Source of the DNA: a virus | Lineage: Duplodnaviria; Caudoviricetes | DNA length: 30,000 bases | IMG/VR virus record: IMGVR_UViG_3300023105_000125 | Location: 1-30,000 of that record | Strand: one strand, 5' to 3' | Shown: positions 25,022 through 30,000 of the stretch, piece by piece | How positions within the stretch are numbered: the stretch's first letter is position 1 | Layout of the letters: the number at the start of each line of letters is the position of its first letter | The notes under the pieces: model-generated | Database searches by the model: none | Told to the model about the DNA's origin: nothing | Seen by the model: the letters and a program-made list of their open reading frames with translations, nothing else | Program-made: the position numbers and the translations under genes

Positions 25022-26086
25022 CTATAGGATGATGAAACTACCAAGACCAATGTAGACTAGATCGACTGCTGCACCGGGAGACTCTAGGGTAATAGAAGTT
25101 TCTGTAGCATCGATAACATCTGTACCTGTACGAGTAATGGTAAAGGTCTCGCCCTCTGCCATTCTTGTTTTCACTCTAAAGGTATCTCCGTTAGATAGTC
25201 CACTGCCGGTTGGTAGAGTTACAGCTACACCATCAGCAGAAGCGGTCATGAAGTTAATACCAGCGGTGAGGGCGCTGCCATCTGTAATAGCTGTAACAGC
25301 ATTAGCAGAAACGGTTAGGCTATTTCCGGATACAGTCAAACCAGAACCAGCAAGGTTAGTGATGATAGTTCCACCACCAATTTCAAGTCCACCACCGGAA
25401 ATGTTGCCTGAACCAGAGATAGTGCTAGTAGACTCAATGGAGCCACCCTGAACAAGACCATCTGTTGAAAGAAGTGAGCCATAAACTGGTCCAGAACCAG
25501 AAATAATAGATCCTGTAATCTGCTGAGCGGAAAGATGCCCGCTTCCATCGACCGTAAAGCCAGTCATAGTGATGGTACCCATAGTTAGATCACCAGAGCC
25601 ATCAATTGAGGTAGCACCTGCGATAGCGCCAGCGTTGGAAATACCGCCGCTGTTAGCATCAAGGGAGCCAACAGATGCAGCGCCATCGGTTGAGACAGAA
25701 CCACCGGAGATAGCACCAGAACCAGAGATTGTGGTGGCACCACCAAGAGCACCAGCAAGTGTTAGACCGCCTGCGGTTAATGTTGCAGAGCCATCGGTCA
25801 AAGAACCACCAGTGACAGCGCCATCGGTCGAGACAGAACCACCAGAGATAGCACCAGAACCAGAGATTGTGGTGGCACCACCAAGAGCACCAGCAAGTGT
25901 TAAGCCTCCTGAAGATAGTGTTGCAGTACCGTCAGTCAAAGAACCACCAGTGACAGCGCCGTCAACAGCAACAGAAGCACCTTGTAGCTGTCCTGAACCA
26001 GAAATAGTGCTCTCACCAATGAGAGCTTCTTCAAATGTGGTTGAACCACTTAGTCGGGCTACGCCCAACTGAAATTTGTAAGCCAT
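25022..26086 (-). CDS. Gly/Ser/Thr-rich virion fibre/decoration protein with internal repeats
   Basis: 354 aa with repeated TISGSG units, a 46-aa tandem duplication and the shared C-terminal LP...IDA...LESP domain. AGGAGG SD, own motif copy and own terminator. Confidence 0.68.
   Translation of the reverse strand: MAYKFQLGVARLSGSTTFEEALIGESTISGSGQLQGASVAVDGAVTGGSLTDGTATLSSGGLTLAGALGGATTISGSGAISGGSVSTDGAVTGGSLTDGSATLTAGGLTLAGALGGATTISGSGAISGGSVSTDGAASVGSLDANSGGISNAGAIAGATSIDGSGDLTMGTITMTGFTVDGSGHLSAQQITGSIISGSGPVYGSLLSTDGLVQGGSIESTSTISGSGNISGGGLEIGGGTIITNLAGSGLTVSGNSLTVSANAVTAITDGSALTAGINFMTASADGVAVTLPTGSGLSNGDTFRVKTRMAEGETFTITRTGTDVIDATETSITLESPGAAVDLVYIGLGSFIIL
25678..25963. repeat. 138-bp tandem duplication (2 copies) inside the fibre gene
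   Basis: cagcgcc anchors at 25678, 25816 and 25954 (period 138). Encodes DGAVTGGSLTDG...ISGSGAISGGSVST twice. Confidence 0.9.
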
Positions 26087-26151
26087 TTATAAAATCCTCC
26101 TAAGTAAATGGAAAGTGTATAGGTATAGATACACCAATACCTCTACATCTA

Positions 26152-26159
26152 TAAATAGT
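26152..26159 (-). promoter_or_regulatory. Candidate late promoter (ACTATTTA)
   Basis: Exact intergenic motif 10 nt after the upstream stop. Confidence 0.68.
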
Positions 26160-26169
26160 ATGTAAGCTA

Positions 26170-27294
26170 CTAGACGATAAAGAACTTAGAAGATCCGTCT
26201 GTGTAAAGCCGCAAAGCTGCATGAGGAGATTCTAAAACTAATGAATTCCTTCCGTCAATTGTGTCCGCGCCCGTGGGTAGAATTGTGATTGTGTGAAGAT
26301 CCGCATTACCACCTTCATCTTTAATAATAAAACTTTGTCCATCAGTAAACCCAGAAGCTGCTGGCAAGCGCACTTCTAAGTCAGCAGATGCCGAGATACC
26401 AAGAATAGTGTTACTAACTGAAGAGGTTGTTGTGGATGTAATTGCGTTTCTTGATAGGGTGTTGCCGGTGATGGTTACTGTTACATCATCGCCAGAGTTT
26501 GTTGCTGTTACGCCTGCTCCAACAAAGTTTAGAGATGACAGGCTTGTAGTTAAATCTGAGCCCTCGTCCTTTACTGTGATTGACCCGCCAGATCCAGAAG
26601 CTTCTGTGATGAGAGTGTCTGTGTATTTACCGATGTAGATGAAGCCGCGAGCGTAAGTTGGAACAGCAGTCGATATATAATCCTGAACAAAGATGACGCC
26701 ATTGTAGTAGTCGGGCGACCACTCAATTGGGCTTGTTGTTGGAATCTGCAACCCTCCGTCATCAGGGTGTGCTGTATAGATCTGGAGACCGTAGTTGTTT
26801 CCTGTCTGCGGACCAAACGAGGGGTTTACAAGTTGTAGTCCGCCGTTACTTTGATGAATAACTTGATTATCAACAAAGAAACCAGTGCCAGCAGCAGGGT
26901 TAGAGGAGCTTGCTTCGTAACTGCTTGTTAGGACAAGCTGATAGCCGTGTGGACCAGATGTTTGTGCCTCATCACCACCACCAAAACCAACATCACCAAA
27001 CGATCCTGTATTAGCATCGTAAGTTGTGCCAGCGATAGACTGAACGTAGAATTCAACATACTCTACTACTGTTGGTCCACCATCGGAAGCACTAAACCTT
27101 TGATAAAGAGTGTCGGTTGTAACAGTCTGAGGAATTGCTTCGCCAAGAATTGTAGAAACATTTATCTGAACGTTAGACGGAATAGTCTCGTTGTAGATCT
27201 CTCTCAGGTTAGAGGTATGCGCTTTGCCCGCAAGCTTCTTTGCTGCGGCAAACGTTAGAGTCTGGTTGGTCGAGCCTGTTCCGGGTACTGCCAT
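26170..27294 (-). CDS. Virion structural protein with the shared C-terminal fibre/decoration domain
   Basis: 374 aa. ITVKDEG...LNFVGAGVTAT..GDDVTVTI linker module, then LPAAS..DGQSFIIKDEGG...DTIDG...LESP. TAATG stop/start overlap with the upstream gene. Confidence 0.62.
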   Translation of the reverse strand: MAVPGTGSTNQTLTFAAAKKLAGKAHTSNLREIYNETIPSNVQINVSTILGEAIPQTVTTDTLYQRFSASDGGPTVVEYVEFYVQSIAGTTYDANTGSFGDVGFGGGDEAQTSGPHGYQLVLTSSYEASSSNPAAGTGFFVDNQVIHQSNGGLQLVNPSFGPQTGNNYGLQIYTAHPDDGGLQIPTTSPIEWSPDYYNGVIFVQDYISTAVPTYARGFIYIGKYTDTLITEASGSGGSITVKDEGSDLTTSLSSLNFVGAGVTATNSGDDVTVTITGNTLSRNAITSTTTSSVSNTILGISASADLEVRLPAASGFTDGQSFIIKDEGGNADLHTITILPTGADTIDGRNSLVLESPHAALRLYTDGSSKFFIV

Positions 27295-29999
27295 TAGCTG
27301 TATGCCACCTGTAGTCTAGATAAATACCCAATCCAATCTTTATGGGCTGAAATTTTTAGTACAACCAATTCAGTTCCGCCACCTGTTCCAAGCAACGACT
27401 CGCCATTAAAGTTACAAACAACTGATGTACCACCGGCTGAGATGTTAACTGCTGGGTTTCCGGGTGCAGCGCCATCGAGAGCACCAGCACCATCTACTAG
27501 AGGATTGTTGCTTGAGTAAGCTGTACCAACATCAAGCCAAGCGGTCTTTCCAGAGATCTTGGCCTCTAGATAGATGTTTCCGTTTGCACCGAGGGAGGTT
27601 GCTTTCTTGACAAGTGAGCCAGAGCCGTACATGGTGATCGTGACACTGCTTCTATCATTTGCCGTGTTGTTCTCGAAGTAACGGTAGATTGTTCTTACAC
27701 TTGATGATAGAGTGGAGTAGTTGGGGTTTGATGGTGGTGCTTGTAGAGAACCGCCATCAGCAGCGTTTCTTGTGTCGCCTGCATTACCGATCTGGAATGG
27801 GGAGATAAGGTAACCATTTACGGAAACCAAGCCGTCGTTGTAGGCAGGATAGGTTGCACCATCGTTGACAGAGTTTTGTGAATCCCAGACATTAGAAGAT
27901 GAGGTAATGTCGGCTTGTGTTGCGTAGTTGCCAGAAATAATTCTGTAAGTTTCTGTGTTGTAGTATTCGTCGGTGTTTAGGTTGGTGCTGCCAACAGAGC
28001 CAGAGTAGACCATGAAAGAGGTCTTTGACTGAGAGTCAGTGTTGAGAGTAGACTTGAATGGGTGTATTACTCTCGATGTGACGGCAACGTCGTAATCAGT
28101 GAACAACCCAAGACCACCAGAGATCGAGGTGAGGGAATCAAATAGGACTGTTCCTGTTACTTGAATGTCTTGCTGCTCACAATTTGTTGTGTCGTTAAGG
28201 GCAGGAAGAGAAACAGAAGATGCTGCTGTGTCTTGCGTAGCAACACCACTACCGCTGATTCTTATGTTCGTAATAGAGCAGTTTGTTGTAGTTGGGAATG
28301 AAACGGCTGTTCCATTCTGGTAGACATTTCTGTAGACGTTCTGTGCTGTGTATAGATAAGAGCCAGTTGGACGAGAAGCAAAGTAACCAATGCCAGACTG
28401 GTAGTAAACATCTGTGTGTCCAAAGTTTGTAATTTCTAGACTGCCGGTCGATAGTGTGGTAGAATCTGTGTCAACGGTCCACTCAACATAGTTTGTTGTT
28501 GTGTCGCTTCCGCCAATTCTATGAATTACTCTCGCGTAGTTCCAGCCAACGTTCTGATCGTTTGCTCCGATCTCGTAGTCACCTGTTCTATAGGGCTTTG
28601 TGTAGTCTGGAATGTCGTCGGTCGTTGTGCTGAAACCAACTGAAGAGACGCTGAAACCTGAACCATTGCCGTTGAAATCATTAGAAATAGCATTGAGAGT
28701 AGTAGATAAATCTACGGAATGCACTTCTGTGCCGTTGACTTCTAGAACAAGTGAGCCCGTGTATGCATCTTTAAAAGCATTTGCAGGGTAATTGTTACCA
28801 TTACTACCGACATCTTCGTTTAGCTCTCCAGCCAAGGTTGGCTTGCTTGAGAACACGCCACGACGATCACCACTTAGAGAATACAGATCGTTGGAATCAT
28901 AATCAGTAAGCCCAATCGAAGAACCTGTAGCGTTGCTGTAGCCTGAGATGGTGTTGGAAGCACCAAATGACAACTTGGCATCAGATACACCAGAGTTGTT
29001 TGCATCTACATCATCGAGGGCTGGCGCTTCAGTGGCTGTGTTTATAGTCGCCCCAAGTTGGAAATCTAGCTGTGAAATGTAACCAGCCCAACTTTCATCG
29101 GCTTCAATTTTTAGAACGATGTATTCGCCGTTTGCGACACTTGCTGTGCCGAATGTAATGTGGTGTACGTTGTTGCCTGAGTCAGTATCATTTGCTGCAC
29201 CAGCGATAAGAGCACCATCGCCATCGGTAACACTGCCGTAAACGAAGTCCTGTGAAATGTCCATCCAGCCTGTTGATGCTGGGATCTTGGCGTAGAAGTG
29301 AATGTTGGATGTATCGAGAGCAGCATTGGAATAAGAAGTTGCGTTCTTTGTAGAAGTTACCTTTATGTCTCTCTTGGTAACACCGCTTGAGTTAGTGAGA
29401 ACACGGAAGAAAGTTCTAGTTCCGGTTACGCCAGAGTAATCTGGCTGTCCTGTTTCTGTGTTGGCAATCGAGCTAAAGTCGCCACTTGCAGGAATGTCAC
29501 CATCAACAGGGCTATAAAGTCTCTGGTTGAAGTAGAGTAGACCATCGGTGTGACCAGCAGCACCGCCACCTGTCATGTGGTTCTGAGAGTTCCAGATTGA
29601 TGCGGCAGCATCGACTGCACCTTGGGTGTCGTAAGAGCCTGAAGTCTTACGGAAAGATTCGTCGTGGAACTTCTCGCTAGTGTTTGTACTAGCTAGTGTT
29701 CTATTATCAACTAGGAAGCCGTTACCTGTTGTAGCAGATCCTGTACTTGAGATAGTTGCTTTTAGTGGGTGGGTTACTGTAACGTTTGTTGTAACTGCTC
29801 CGTTGAAGAGATTATCAACGTCTGCGTTGACATCTAGTGAGCCGGTAATTCCTAGAGTTTTTGTGTTGTCCTCGGATACACCGATGTCGGGAACTGACTG
29901 TGCTGATGGTGTTGAGGAGTTAGAAACGCTGAATGAAATAGGCGTGCCTGACGCAGCGTAGACATTTCTGTAGAGATTGAGAATGTCTGCTTTGTAGTT
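27294..29999 (-). CDS. Large Ser/Thr/Gly/Asn-rich virion protein with an internal tandem duplication (5' end lies beyond the window)
   Basis: Hand translation shows the frame stays open upstream of the track's ATG 29576 to the window end (NYKADILNLYRNVY...SIWNSQNH-MTGG). Composition is beta-rich. Coupled to the downstream structural gene. Confidence 0.7.
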   Translation of the reverse strand, partial: NYKADILNLYRNVYAASGTPISFSVSNSSTPSAQSVPDIGVSEDNTKTLGITGSLDVNADVDNLFNGAVTTNVTVTHPLKATISSTGSATTGNGFLVDNRTLASTNTSEKFHDESFRKTSGSYDTQGAVDAAASIWNSQNHMTGGGAAGHTDGLLYFNQRLYSPVDGDIPASGDFSSIANTETGQPDYSGVTGTRTFFRVLTNSSGVTKRDIKVTSTKNATSYSNAALDTSNIHFYAKIPASTGWMDISQDFVYGSVTDGDGALIAGAANDTDSGNNVHHITFGTASVANGEYIVLKIEADESWAGYISQLDFQLGATINTATEAPALDDVDANNSGVSDAKLSFGASNTISGYSNATGSSIGLTDYDSNDLYSLSGDRRGVFSSKPTLAGELNEDVGSNGNNYPANAFKDAYTGSLVLEVNGTEVHSVDLSTTLNAISNDFNGNGSGFSVSSVGFSTTTDDIPDYTKPYRTGDYEIGANDQNVGWNYARVIHRIGGSDTTTNYVEWTVDTDSTTLSTGSLEITNFGHTDVYYQSGIGYFASRPTGSYLYTAQNVYRNVYQNGTAVSFPTTTNCSITNIRISGSGVATQDTAASSVSLPALNDTTNCEQQDIQVTGTVLFDSLTSISGGLGLFTDYDVAVTSRVIHPFKSTLNTDSQSKTSFMVYSGSVGSTNLNTDEYYNTETYRIISGNYATQADITSSSNVWDSQNSVNDGATYPAYNDGLVSVNGYLISPFQIGNAGDTRNAADGGSLQAPPSNPNYSTLSSSVRTIYRYFENNTANDRSSVTITMYGSGSLVKKATSLGANGNIYLEAKISGKTAWLDVGTAYSSNNPLVDGAGALDGAAPGNPAVNISAGGTSVVCNFNGESLLGTGGGTELVVLKISAHKDWIGYLSRLQVAYS

Positions 30000-30000
30000 G

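Noticed and set aside
25678-25963. 138-bp repeat pair as a diversity-generating retroelement TR/VR
   Set aside because: The copies are adjacent and in frame, mismatches are not adenine-specific, and no reverse transcriptase is in the window.
25137-26072. Plus-strand Pro/Glu/Ala-rich ORFs
   Set aside because: Antisense shadows of the Gly/Ser-rich fibre gene.
29577-30000. Apparent intergenic space and plus-strand ORF 29680-29961
   Set aside because: The minus-strand frame of the large virion gene is open through this region.
1-30000. Stop-codon reassignment, introns/inteins, tRNA genes
   Set aside because: TAA, TAG and TGA all end genes at sensible places and long ORFs are intact in the standard code. 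No intein or homing-endonuclease motifs were seen, and the intergenic gaps are short and accounted for by regulatory elements.

Overview
This window is a gene-dense segment of a large T4-like (myovirus) phage genome. Every supportable gene is on the minus strand and uses the standard genetic code. In transcription order (high to low coordinates) it holds: four Ser/Thr/Gly-rich virion fibre/decoration genes (the first cut off by the window end), an acidic prohead scaffold, a gp23-type major capsid protein, a small decoration-like protein, a low-complexity basic/PEVK-like protein, gp13/gp14 neck proteins, a gp15 tail terminator, a large gp18 sheath, a gp19 tube, a gp26-like/gp51-like tail chaperone pair probably joined by a +1/-2 frameshift on a U7 run, a tape measure protein, three baseplate genes and a degenerate M15-peptidase-like protein. 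A sigma70-type-promoter-driven module follows: a miniature family A DNA polymerase, a degenerate tubulin/FtsZ homolog and a gp32-type SSB that runs off the window start. A recurring ACTATTTA motif (coding strand) sits before most structural transcription units, often right after an intrinsic terminator, and is the candidate late promoter. All product calls come from motif recognition by eye and gene order; no database search was run.
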